A stretch of DNA of 63,290 nt, counting the filler, from Octopus bimaculoides (Eukaryota): the NCBI RefSeq assembly GCF_001194135.2. It is 7 parts of 7 records of this genome, joined end to end, with 100 filler letters (N's around TTAATTAATTAA, not from the genome) between each part and the next. Parts side by side here need not be neighbours in the genome. Positions count along the whole stretch, not along the records: positions 22,284 to 39,327 come from NC_068998.1; positions 39,428 to 47,107 come from NC_068984.1; 5 more parts are not named here. One strand, given 5' to 3'. The position numbers and the translations under genes were made by a program. Below are positions 28,761 to 41,187 of the stretch, piece after piece. Every line of letters begins with the position of its first letter. Position 1 is the stretch's first letter. Under the pieces are notes generated by a model, which saw nothing but the letters and a program-made list of their open reading frames with translations, did not search any database and was not told the origin of the DNA.

Positions 28761-29353
28761 GGAGGCAAACACAAATATACACAGACATGCACATACAGAG
28801 AAGGGGGGGTGGGGAAGGAGAGAGACAGGGGGTTAGAGGGGGAANNNNNNNNNNNNNNNNNNNNNNNNNNNNNNNNNNNNNNNNNNNNNNNNNNNNNNNN
28901 NNNNNNNNNNNNNNNNNNNNNNNNNNNNNNNNNNNNNNNNNNNNNNNNNNNNNNNNNNNNNNNNNNNNNNNNNNNNNNNNNNNNNNNNNNNNNNNNNNNN
29001 NNNNNNNNNNNNNNNNNNNNNNNNNNNNNNNNNNNNNNNNNNNNNNNNNNNNNNNNNNNNNNNNNNNNNNNNNNNNNNNNNNNNNNNNNNNNNNNNNNNN
29101 NNNNNNNNNNNNNNNNNNNNNNNNNNNNNNNNNNNNNNNNNNNNNNNNNNNNNNNNNNNNNNNNNNNNNNNNNNNNNNNNNNNNNNNNNNNNNNNNNNNN
29201 NNNNNNNNNNNNNNNNNNNNNNNNNNNNAGAGACATGTTTCTGAGTCTTTGCTCGTCATCAATCTGGAGTAGCATGACTTGCTAGTCGAAGATGCCCGTC
29301 AAGCTGTTGTAAACATATAATAATTCTAGTGAAATACATTCACTGATTTCAAA

Positions 29354-29665
29354 TTTAGAAATAATACATTTCTAAATCTCTCAGAGAGATTTATGCAGTA
29401 GTGATACGATGAAGTAGTTGTATGCTGTTGGTTAGACCTAGATGCAGGCTTAGCTGGGTGGAGGTGCTTGTCTTCCCCTTGGAAACATAAGGACACAGGA
29501 AATGTGTCAAGGCCGACAGGAAGCGGTGCAGCTTCCTAGGTCTAACCAACAGCAGTATTATTCCCTTCAAGGGACTGTCACATTAAGTTGACAGCATACA
29601 ACTACTTCATTGTATCACTACTGCATAAATCTCTCTGAGAGATTTAGAAATGTATTATTTCTAAA
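29354..29665. repeat. Long inverted repeat: 75-bp arms with one mismatch, plus an inner 18-bp stem
   Basis: Arms 29354-29428 and 29591-29665. Inner pair 29424-29441 with 29536-29553. Confidence 0.92.
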
Positions 29666-30520
29666 ATGGAAATAGTTGTTAGGAAAGCAACTTAGGAGGT
29701 CCTCATTACAGCCACAGGCAAGAGTTTTGCAAATTTAAAGTGCAACAACATGGCTTTCACCACAAGAGACTAATAATAAGAGACATGAGAAAGTCTGGTA
29801 AAGCTGACTCTATAGAAGCAATGAAAGACAAAGAGAGATTTAAAATGATTAAAGGAGTCATTGTTTGAAATGTGGATTTATTTTTGCCACAGAAATACAA
29901 CACTAAATTTAAAACAACAGAACAGAGGCAAAATAGGAAAGGAGGGTGGCAGGACAAGTAAGAACTATCATAAAAGATCAGTCAGCTATCTCTAACTTCC
30001 AAAAGGTTTTTTAAAGTAATACAAATTAAAGCCAAACAATACAGTAATAGAATAAATAAAATAAAGAATTAAGGTAAAACAGTATAAACAAAACAACATT
30101 TATGCATAAACATTTCCAAAAGAAAATTTCTATCAACAAGTGAAGTATGCTCAAGTAAAAGACGTGGGTGAATATAAAAAAAAAAAAACAGCAGTCAGGT
30201 ATTAGAGTAACAGACAGAAACACAAAAAAGATGCAGACTAATACATGAGTTTCAGACAGAATTAAGCAACTGTAGACATTTCACATAATTGATATTATTT
30301 TAACAACTACTGACAACATATTGCTGTTGAATTATATTTCTTTATAGATAGAAATGGAACACATTTTCCTGAAATACTGAAAGGATGCTAAAGGATATCA
30401 TGAGTAGATGCTATAGTATATTTTATCAAATATTTCAGGGATTGGGGAATAGAAAGAAGAACCCAACACTTGAACGAATTGACTATTATTCAAAAATCAT
30501 TCCAAAATTCTTAAGTGCTT

Positions 30521-31246
30521 ACTCTTTTACTTGTTTCAGTCATTTGACTGAAGCCATGCTGGAGCACCACCTTTAGTCGAGCAAATCGACCCCAGGACTT
30601 ATTCTTTGGAAGCCTAGTACTTATTCTATTGGTCTCTTTTGCCGAACCGTTAAGTTATGGGGACGTAAACACACCAGCATTGGTTGTCAGGCAATGTTGG
30701 GGAGACAAACACAGACACACAAACACATACATATATATATATATATANNNNNNNNNNNNNNNNNNNNNNNNNNNNNNNNNNNNNNNNNNNNNNNNNNNNN
30801 NNNNNNNNNNNNNNNNNNNNNNNNNNNNNNNNNNNNNNNNNNNNNNNNNNNNNNNNNNNNNNNNNNNNNNNNNNNNNNNNNNNNNNNNNNNNNNNNNNNN
30901 NNNNNNNNNNNNNNNNNNNNNNNNNNNNNNNNNNNNNNNNNNNNNNNNNNNNNNNNNNNNNNNNNNNNNNNNNNNNNNNNNNNNNNNNNNNNNNNNNNNN
31001 NNNNNNNNNNNNNNNNNNNNNNNNNNNNNNNNNNNNNNNNNNNNNNNNNNNNNNNNNNNNNNNNNNNNNNNNNNNNNNNNNNNNNNNNATGATGGGCTTC
31101 TTTCAGTTTCTGTCTACCAAATCCACTCACAAGGCTTTGGTTGGCCTGAGACTATAGTAGAAGACACTTGCCCAAGGTGCTACACAGTGGGACTGAACCC
31201 GGAACCATGTGGTTGGTAAGCAAGCTACTTACCACACAGCCACTCC
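30521..31246 (-). mobile_element. Full-length SINE A; its internal microsatellite falls in an assembly gap
   Basis: Tail TACTCTTTTACTTGTTTCAGTC at 30521, (TA)n plus gap at 30730-31088, and head ending CTTACCACACAGCCACTCC. Confidence 0.9.
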
Positions 31247-31460
31247 TGCTTGAAAATAGTTGGCAGATAAAAATTAAGATTAAAATATTTTTCTTCAATC
31301 AAAACTTTTGTTTGATATTACTTGAATTCCTCTATTTTTCATAAAGTACAACAGCAAACCAAGATATCAAGTACCTAAAATGTTCATAGATAAATTTATA
31401 CTGAAATAAAAAGGAGCTGGATCAGTTTGGTTTTATTGACAAGTGTACCACGTGTGTGTG

Positions 31461-31614
31461 TGGAATATTGCTATTGAGAGAAACAGTGACTATGTTGAGA
31501 AGAAGGGATGTGATCCACAGAGGACCAGCTTCATTTTGATGTATGATACATGTTTCTGTGTTGCTAATTATACCTGTCCTAAACAAAATGGCATTACTTT
31601 TTGACTCACCCTCG
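31461..31614 (+). mobile_element. Mariner 3' end with terminal inverted repeat
   Basis: WNIAIERNSDYVEK-like transposase end, then TIR TTACTTTTTGACTCACCCTCG|TA. Same family as 56271-56674. Confidence 0.85.
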
Positions 31615-31849
31615 TATTTCAATCACTCTTATGAAGATATTCACGTAACTCATTTTAATTTTCAAAAAAGTTCCTGAAGATGTCAATGATCAGTATTCTA
31701 CAGTGAAGCAAAGACGAGTACAGGTAGCCAGAGTGATTGTTCACTTCTGCAACTCTGTTAACTTTATCAAGTGTGTTTGCAAATATATAAACAAAGGTTT
31801 AGATGCTGCAACATACACTCTTATGTAGAATGGCAGTCAGCNNNNNNNN

Positions 31850-33932
31850 NNAAGAAAACTCCTTTACCCACAATTACTCAAGTATTACACCTGGAGAAAC
31901 AATAAATGACACAAGAGGAAATGTGGGGCTGATGTTTGCAAGAATTTACAGTGCCCACCCAAGCCAAGCAGAATGCTACTACTTACAGCTCCTTTTGCAT
32001 GAAGTATGTAGTCCCAAATCATTTCAAGATTCAATGAGGGTAAATGGTCATGTGTGTGAAACTTATAGGGAAGCATGCTATCAAGAATGTTTTTTAGAAA
32101 AGCATGAGCATTGGGACCTTACATTGGCTGAAGAATTAGTATCAGATTCTCCAAGGAAACTTCATAACCTTTCAGTAATTATACTGAACATGTCAACTTG
32201 GCAGTCCCCTACAGCTTTGGATGAAACATCATGAGAACATAGCTGAGAACTGAAATATGCAGTTCAACAGGCAAACCAGATATCAATATTCAGTTCTCTG
32301 AAACAATTTTTAACCAAGCACTGATTGAATTTGAGGATCAAGTTTTAGCCATGGGTGGCAAAAATTTGCAAGCATGTGGATCTGGACTGCCAAAATCAAA
32401 CCATCAAATTATTGATTTAACTTCAAGGGATATAGCAAGAGAGACAAATTATAACATCACAAATTTGGTTGCATTGTGAATGAACATGAATGTAAACTTC
32501 TTCCAGAACAACGTTGTGCATATGATAAAATTAATTCATTAGTCAGAGAAAAAAGTGGAGGAATTTTCTTTGTGATGCTCCTGGTGGTACAGGTAAAACA
32601 TTTGTCACAACATTGCTTCTCTCTAAGGTAAGGCAATAAAAAAGAATTGCAGTTGTAGCATCATCTGGCATTGCTGCCACCATTCTCCCAGGAGGACGAA
32701 CAGCTCATTCTGCTTTTAAATTACCACTAAACCTGGTCACAAATGACAGTCCAATTTGTAACATAAACAAAAGTTCAGGTTCAGCAGAAGTGTTGCGCCA
32801 ATGTCACCTGATCATTTGGGATGGATGCACCATGTCAAATACAGGTGCAATGAAAGCTCTTGATAAAACCTTACAGGGCATAAGAGGCAACAATAAATCT
32901 ATGGGAGGAGTTACATTAGTTTTATCAAGAGACTTCACACAGACATTCTGAGACAAACAAGATCTGATGAAATATAAGCATGCGTTATGTCTTCACACCT
33001 ATGGAATAAAGTACAGTAATTCTCCTTCAATACTAACATGCAAGCTTTATTACATGGGGACCAATGTGCAGAACAATTTTCAGCCTGGCTCCTCCAATTA
33101 GGAAATGGGAAAGTACCATTTGATGGGAATGCTCGTATCAATTTGGCTCATACTGCTATCATGGTAAATTGCCCAGCTGAATTGAAGAGCAGGGTATTTC
33201 CAGACTTTAGTAATAAGTATAATTCATATAAATGGTTGTGTGGAAGAGCAATTCTTGCTCCAAAAAATGTGACAGTAGCAAAGATTAACCACGAATTAAT
33301 GAATAAGTTTCCAACAGTCATTAAGGAGTACAAATCAGTTGATTCAGTCCTTGATGAAAGTCAAGCTGTCCATTACACAACAGAGTTCCTCAATTCTCTT
33401 GAGCCACCTTGAACTCCTCCACAATAGAAGCTACCATCATCACTGGATGTGCCTCTGGGGAAGAGATTTTCATTCTGAGAATTCCAATCAAACCAACAGA
33501 CGTGCCACTTGAGTTCAAACACAATTCCCAGTGTGACTTTGCAATCTACTGGCTTGCAGTTAATTGATCCTTGCTTTTCTGATGGTCAACTTTATGTTGG
33601 TTGTTCCAGGGTTGGTAGTTTACAAGACTTATTTGTCTATGCTCCAAACTGGAAAACAAAGAATGTTGTTTACCCAGCTCTTACATAATTTCCTTCAACA
33701 TATGTGATTGAATATATCTCCCTTCATAAAAGTGGTAAATTTTGTATTTTCATTTTTTATTATTATCATTATTTGTTTTTGTTTTTTTTTGTCATTATGA
33801 AATCAGAATTGACTTCCCAATTGAAGAATAAATTGAATTTAGAATAAATTTCTATACAACATACTTTGCATTTTTTTTTCCAATATGTAAGGAACAATTT
33901 CATTCCCAGGCAATACTGGGTGCCTCTGCTAG
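31850..33932 (+). mobile_element. Decayed Helitron Rep/PIF1-helicase with an intact 3' terminus
   Basis: ARIYSAHPSQAECYYLQLLLHEV...TYREAC; Walker A APGGTGKTF; VASSGIAATILPGGRTAHSAFKLP; AILAPKN; EFLNSLEPP; YVGCSRVG. 3' hairpin CCCAG-GCAATA-CTGGG followed by CTAG|T at 33929-33933. Confidence 0.93.
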
Positions 33933-34559
33933 TGAGTTTATAAGGGTGCAGTAAATGTAAAAGGAGCACTATGGAGGAGGCTAAGTGTATAGAGGGGTTG
34001 TGATTTTTCTTAGAAATAAAATATTTTAACCAAGTACATTATTTATATTTTAAACACATTTTCAAAAAATCTTCAAGATTAGAATATGAATAGGACATTA
34101 CATTATCAGTGAGCAGAAATATGACTGATGATAGACCAAGATTCAGTATAATTTCATTATATAAGTCCTTATCTTCTTTAATAAGTTCCATAAAAAAATT
34201 TTTACATGGGAACACTAATCCACATAAATATTTAAAAAGAGGCATATTCGGAATGAGATAGTATAAAGGAAACATGAGTGATAATCCACTGTGCAAAATG
34301 AATCTCTGTTTGACTAAACAGAAAAGACTGATAAAAGAGGTATCAAACTAAGTACTGGAATCAGTTGACAATAACCATTGAAGACAGTAGTACCTCAGCA
34401 TGGTCATAGTCTAATACCTGAAGCCAATAAAATAGACAATGATACTACATAACCAACTCAATCCTGAAACACACAACAGCACAAGAATGACAAAGGAGGA
34501 GTATTATTAGCTTGTCTGTCATTGTCAATGATGATCAAGGACATTACATGGGAGAAGAT

Positions 34560-35070
34560 GAAGGCACAATATGTTCATCTGTGGCCAACCAATCCAATGC
34601 ATGTTTGGAAGGCTCTGCTGCAGGTCAGACACTGATAGTCTGTTGGAATTGAAGGCAAGGAGTTGACTTAGGACTTACATAGTCCATGTTTTCTTTGAGC
34701 GCCAGTAATCCTGTTCTGATTGTAGGAGGTGGCACTTCTGTTGGTGCAGCTTCACCATACAAGGTGATATTGTGTTTTTGCTCTCCAGGTGTCAGAGTTG
34801 ATGCCAAAGCTCTTCAGTGAGGCTGCCAGTGTGTCTTTGAAGCACTTTTTCTGTCCAGCTTGTGTGCACTTGCCTTCCACCAGTTTACTGTAAAACAGTC
34901 TCTTGGGGAGTCAATTGTCAGGCAATCAAACAAGGTGGCCTGCCACTTCACTTGCACTCTCTACAGCAGTGTGTAAATGCTTGGTAGATCAGCTCAAGAG
35001 AGGACCTCTGTGTCTGGAACCTTGTCTTGCCAGGTGGTTTTCAACAGCTGTCTCAGACACTTCAGTGTGA
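34560..35070 (-). mobile_element. 3' end of an RTE (BovB-like) LINE
   Basis: LPKRLFYSKLVEGK..QAGQKKCFKDTL..SLKSFGIN, then CLTCSRAFQTCIGLVGH. Confidence 0.82.
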
Positions 35071-35809
35071 AGGAAATATAAATAGTATATTAAAAAATAT
35101 AATAAATCATAGTGATGAGAAATGAACTTGTAGAGTGGGTGTAGATTAGTGGATAGAATGATAAAAGTGAAGTATGTTTGTGTGGATAGTGACAAACTAA
35201 AAATACTGCCAGAACTGTTGTTGGAGAGAATATATATGTTATAAAGGTTGAATATGAGAGAAGGAAGTGTTAAGAAAGGTCGGTGACCAGAAAGACAGAA
35301 TGAAGCTAGGGAGTGGAGAATGAGTTAATCAGGTACAGAATACAAATGTTTGTAATAAGGAAGGGAAAGAAATATATTGTTACACATTATGTTCTGACAG
35401 GAGAAGAAGACTAAGGTAAGAGGAATAATCAGGATGGGAGAAAGTTGTTAATAGGAGAAACTTTAACAAAGTCATTCCCTCCCATAACAAATATATTAAA
35501 TAAGCTACAGAAAAAATAATCTACTCCTGTCTTATATGTAGCATGAATGTATCTATAAATATAACAAAGAACCTCATGTCAGTGTTAAACACACATTTCC
35601 TTATTGCATACAAGACTTTTAACAGAAACAGTATAAAATCCAGCTGCAGTTGTTTGATATATAGGCTCCCAAACCTCCTGTGATAACCAAAACAACCAAA
35701 ATCATAGAAATGTTATTCCAACCTAGCAGCCTAACCTACCCATTTAATGGTAAATACCTAACAAAGATGATAATTTCATTTTATTTTTTATTTGTTGAGT
35801 TTGGAGGAA

Positions 35810-37390
35810 GGGGCAGTGCCCATGATCATTACAAACCCTCCAAGAGTTTGATTTCACTGCCATTTCATTTTAACTTTTGCCAGTTTAAATGGAATGATAG
35901 TGGCACCTTAAGTGCCTCTATCATTCCATGTGTAGGGAAGACATGACTAGGAAGAAGAATCTAGAGGGTTTATATTCTTGAGAGAAACGTCTGAACATAA
36001 TGATTAGTGTGGGGCCAAGAGAGTCAGGCAGACCAAGAATGATGAGAGATGGAAAGACAAGTGGATCAGAGGAGCTTGAGTGGTGGGGCTATGAGACCAG
36101 CAATTCCAAAGAACAGAAGCCATTACAAAAAACTCAGATAAAGGAGGCAGCATGCCTGTGAATCAGAGGCTGGAGTGTGTCCATTAATTACTCGGATGTG
36201 ATCCACAATATTTGTAAAGTGATCCATAATATTTGTGTATGTAACAACACCATTCCAGTTGTAGGAGTAGTACTCCACTGTGAGCCTAACTTGAATATTG
36301 TAGAGAGCCAGTAACTATTGGATCAGATTAATCTTCTGGCCCTGAAAAGAAGGGCTAGTCTTTGGATGTGGTTCTAATTATGCTAAGGATGGGCTTTCAC
36401 CAGAAAAGATTCTCAGTGATAGTGAGTCCAAGCATTTGTAGCAACTGTAAGTGCTTTAGCTGAGTGCCACTTGTTTAGAGGATGTGTGATGCAGTGGTGT
36501 TTTCTAGATATGTGTAGTCCCAGTTTTTTGCTTTTTGTTTTTTGCTGATAAAAAGGACACCATTGGTAAGGCCCCACTGAAAGATGTTCTTAAAGTTTCT
36601 GTTTATAGAAGCAATGCAGTTTTGGTGCATATTATGATGATGGTGGTGATGCATCTTTAGAAAAGTTACAGTAGAATGAAGGATTATGTCATCTGCATAA
36701 GAGTGAAGATTGTTGGATGTGGTGGCAAGTAGGTCATTGATGTACAAAAGAGAGTGAGGCAGAAAGAGCTCCATCAACATATGTCACAATGGCACATTCA
36801 GATTGGAAACTATTGATGAGATAGATGGAGCTTTTAGGCAGGGAGTTTTGATAAGAGATATGAATACCAGACACAGTCAATGGCTTTGGGCTGATGTCTA
36901 GACAACAATATTCCTTTCACTGAACTTCTCCGAAGCAAAAGTCCACTGGTGAGTGTCAGGAGAGAGAGTAAATCTCCAATGGATCTATCTATGCAGAAGC
37001 CATACTTGTCATCACTGATGAAAGAGGGAGGTTGTTGGAGAAGGCCATTGTTAATGGTTGTCCAGATATTTAATATGGTGTGTAATAGATATGGTGCACA
37101 GCAGAAATTGAATATGGTGTGTAGACACTGTCGGTAGAACCTCTCCAGAAGGTGAGTGTGACAGCAATACAAGACCCATGACTCAGAGAGTAGTAAGTAT
37201 AGAGAAGTGATGATGCTAGGAGGTGAAGTGTTGGGAAAAAGGTAGACAGGTAGAGACGATGGAAATGTGGATGGGGCAGGGCTCCTCATGGACAAGCATT
37301 ACCAAGGTGGTTTTAGGATATCAATTCTGCTGTAGTGAATGTGTTTTCTTGAGTACAGAAAAGCACCAGAAATTTCAGTCCTTTGTCATC
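35810..37390 (-). mobile_element. Decayed jockey/CR1-group LINE (RT to 3' end)
   Basis: SDDKYGFC..RSIGDLLS, KAIDCVWYS.LLSKLP and LLYINDLL.TTSNNLHSYADD (ORFs 36834-37295 and 36475-36780). Confidence 0.85.
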
Positions 37391-38815
37391 TCCTTTGTAA
37401 GGGCCAGTGTCGTGTGATCAGCCTTCAATACTTCATCCTATGTCTTCAAACATCTCTCTCTTCCACAAGATCCATTCTCTTTAAATGATCAGCATTTCTC
37501 CATACAACTGTCTACATCCATATGACCAAACTAGCCCAGTCTTCTCTCTTGTACACCACATTTAATTCCTACCATGCCTAACTTTTCTCTCCATACACTA
37601 GCACTCTGTCACATGTGTACATTGACATTGCACATCCAGAAGAGTATGCTAATTTCATTCCTCTCTCATATCACATGTCCTCTGCATTCAGGGCCCACAT
37701 CTCACTACAATGTAGCATTACTGTTCGTGCACATACATCATGCAATCTTCCATTCACTTGAAAAGAGAGACCTATGGTTGCCAACAGAAGTAAAAGCTCT
37801 GAATTTTCTCCATCTTATTCTTGTTCTAGTAATTACACAATCTGTACATCCTCCTCCACTGCTGATTAGGTTCCATAGGTAGCAAAAATAAGCCACTACC
37901 TCTAGATAGCCTCTAGAGCATATGAGAAAATCATTTTCCCATGTAACTGTAGACTTTATGGCTCCTGTGCATCTTCCACTGACAAACACTGCTTTCTCTG
38001 TTACCCTTCCTATTACCAGTGCACTTCTTGTGTCCATAGGTTGCACTGGGTACATTGTATGGAATTCCTGCTTTTCTGTAACAGAACTTGCTATGAGAGC
38101 AAGACCATCAGCATATAGCAGTTCCCAGAGGAATTTCTGTGATGGCCTGGAGAACAATAATGAATAGGTGACAGAACCAAACTCTGATAAATGCCTCCCT
38201 GTACACTAAATTCATCACTGTACTCATGGTTAACGTTCACCTTACTAACAGAACCTCTGAACATGGCCTGTACAGCTTTTACAAGCTACTTGTCTCCCCT
38301 TAACTTTCTCGTAGTCCACAATATTACATAGTGGGGTAATCTGTTGAAGGCTTTCTCAAAGTCAACAAATGCCAATTACAACAGTTTATTGTTACTCAAA
38401 TACTTCACCTGCAGTTGTCTGACTATTGAAATAGCATAAGTAGTGCCTCTCAACCACGAAAAAGTCAAATTGCTTCCCTTCAGGAAAACGTCACCTTATC
38501 TCATTTTGTTCTTAATTAATTGGGTCATAACACTTTCTCTAACTTTCATGAACTGATCCAGCAATTTCATGCCTCTGTAATTACTTCTATCTAAGACATC
38601 TCCCTTACTTTTGTAGAAGTTGGCTATAATGCTGCTACACCAGTCATTGGGGTTGACACCTTTCAAAATAACCTGATTGACTATACAGGTGATCAGAGTG
38701 TATCCTACTCTGCCATATATTTTAAGCATTTCAGTGGTAACTCCCAATAACCAGAGGCTTATCTATCATTAAGACACCATTTCACCAGTCTTTCCAAGCC
38801 TGTCTCTGCACTTTC
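37390..38815 (-). mobile_element. Decayed RTE-clade LINE
   Basis: EMLK..G..GYTLIT...DWCSSII..YKSKGD.LDRSNYRG.KLLDQ.MKV (38496-38747), LAFVDFEKAF and WELLYADGLAL. Confidence 0.87.
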
Positions 38816-39427
38816 ATGGCCCTATCTACTTCACAGTGCCAACACAACATAGCTCTCAGTTATGTGGAGGAATTACCCCAATCACAGATTTGGTCAGCAG
38901 CTTCCAGAAGATTGTCCTCTAAGACCTTCCACTTGTCCTCTAAGTTATATGTTATACATGCACATACATGTGTATATACATACACATGTATATACACTTT
39001 CAGGGCACTTGACCATTCAACATCCTACTACTATCATGGCACTCCCGCATTCTTCTTCTCCTCCTCCTTCTTCTCCTTCTCCTTCTTCTCCTCTTCCTCC
39101 TTCTTCCCTGCCAAGAATTCACAATGACCTTGAGCCCACAAGAGTAAACAAGAGAGACAGAGACAGGCAGAAACAAGGAAAATGTTGTATTTGAATACTA
39201 TGCAAATATTCTTTTAAAAAACTTTTCTTTTAATTTTTCCAAAATTTAATTGTCTTCCATACTTACAGTTGAAAAAGTCTCAATGACTGAAACCGGTACT
39301 GAAATGTATTTTATAAAATCATTTTAGNNNNNNNNNNNNNNNNNNNNNNNNNNNNNNNNNNNNNNNNNNNNTTAATTAATTAANNNNNNNNNNNNNNNNN
39401 NNNNNNNNNNNNNNNNNNNNNNNNNNN

Positions 39428-39684
39428 GGCAGGGGATGGTGGTGAACCCTGCTGTACTCTTTCACCACAACTTTCTCTCACTATTACTTCCTGTTTGTGT
39501 TGTGCCTGTAATTCAAAGGGTTAACCTTGTCACACTGTGTCACGCTGAATATCCCCGAGAACTACGTTAAGGGTACACGTGTGTGTGGAGTGCCCAGCCA
39601 CTTGCACGTTAATTTCACGAGCAGGCTGTTCTGTTGATCGGATCAACTGGAACCCTCGACGTCGTAAGCGACGGAGTGCCAACA
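39428..39684 (+). mobile_element. SINE C, 5' part lost in a gap
   Basis: Matches the 13254 and 54167 copies from GGCAGGGGATGGTGG to GGAGTGCCAAC. Confidence 0.9.
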
Positions 39685-39691
39685 CACGCAC

Positions 39692-39726
<35 letters not shown>

Positions 39727-40240
39727 CGGTGTGTGTTTGTCTGTATGATACGTGTATTTGTGTGTATGAGCTTGAAGCTACAAACGGGATGGAAAAGTAC
39801 ACATTACATAAAGGCAGAAAATTTATATATTTTTATTATTAGAAACTGAAAACTTCTCGCACTATTAACTCGCGTTTCGTGTTTCCATTATGAAATAGCA
39901 TTAGTGTGTATGTATGTATGTATGTACGCATACATGTATGTAGTAGGCATGTATGTATATATGAAAATATGTGTGTGTGTGTGTGTATGTTTATGTATTT
40001 TTATGTGTATATTCATGTGTGGTTTATTTAAACTGGATTCATTTCTCGCGACTCGAGTTTCAAACCACAGCAGAGGTGATCTAAAATTGTACTGCCTAGG
40101 TTTATGTGCACTGATCGACTACGCAGCTCTTGGCATGTACTTAAGCGACTTTCATTCAATATTTTTTTCAATGTAAATCTCCAGATTTTCATGCATGTCA
40201 TTGTTATTGACTTCCTCATCCGTCGTTCTGGTAGGAAATG

Positions 40241-40242
<2 letters not shown>

Positions 40243-40287
<45 letters not shown>

Positions 40288-40475
40288 GTCTTCGTCGTCG
40301 TCGTCGTCGTCGTCGTCGTCGGCGGCGGCGGCCTCATTATTATTATTTAGTCTTTTAATTCAGGTTTTGCTAGAACTCCTAGAAACCTGCACGAGCAACG
40401 AGATTGCTGCCTGTAACCTACGACACCATGTTATTTGTTGTTGTTGTTGTTGTTGTTGTTGTTCTTCTTCTTCTT

Positions 40476-40506
<31 letters not shown>

Positions 40507-40562
40507 TTATTATTATTATTATTATCATTATTATTATTATTATTATCATTATTATTATTATT
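40243..40562. repeat. Compound trinucleotide microsatellites (CAT)n(CGT)n(CGG)n and (TGT)n(TCT)n(TAT)n
   Basis: Directly visible. They produce the poly-S/M/C/Y pseudo-ORFs. Confidence 0.97.
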
Positions 40563-40644
40563 TACTTGTTATCCTCTTGAGGTAGATCTAGACGACTAAC
40601 TACTTCCCACCGAATATATCTGGCACTGTGCCAACGATAGGAAA

Positions 40645-40790
40645 AGCAGTGGGTTGGCAGAGTCGATAGCGTGTCAGACAAAATGCCTCACGTTCTGATT
40701 TCAAATTCAGCCGGGGTCGACTTTACCTTTCATCCCTTTGGAGTCGATGTGATAGATACCAACTGAGCTCAAGTGCTGATTTAGGGACAG
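40645..40790 (+). mobile_element. Degenerate SINE B with an internal deletion
   Basis: GGGTTGGCAGAGTCGATAGC...TTTCAAATTCAGCCGGGGTCGACTTTACCTTTCATCCCTTTGGAGTCGAT. Confidence 0.75.
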
Positions 40791-40958
40791 CATGTCAAGT
40801 GTTGCAGTTTCAAAGTCCACATGATATTTTTTATATAAGCTTAAAGCTTATGGGCGATCACCGTGCAATGACTAAAGAAAATAGTCTAATAACAGGGCAT
40901 ATAAGCCCTCGACAGAAAAAAAAGAAGGCTTTCATATCCGCGTGAGACTCGAAACCAT

Positions 40959-41187
40959 ATCCCTTTGCTAACACGACTAATTGTGTTACCTTTACACCAC
41001 GAACCAGCTCCTCTCCTTCTGTCAAATTCAAGAACTATATTAGTTCGTATTTGTTCTTATGTAAAGCAAGGTTGTATACATAAAAGCAAATACGAACTAA
41101 TATAATTCTTGAATTTGAGAGGGTGGGGGGAAGGAGGCTGATTTGCTGGTGTAAAGGTAAAACACTTAGTCGCGTTAACAAGGGGAT
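40959..41187. repeat. Fold-back of ~105-bp arms with a 13-nt loop; the arms contain outward-facing tRNA-like heads
   Basis: Arms 40959-41063 and 41077-41187. The inner 41 bp has three mismatches. Confidence 0.88.

Noticed and set aside
33038-33412. Host PIF1 helicase gene
   Set aside because: It is intronless, frameshifted, preceded by Rep-like sequence and followed by the Helitron hairpin and CTAG.
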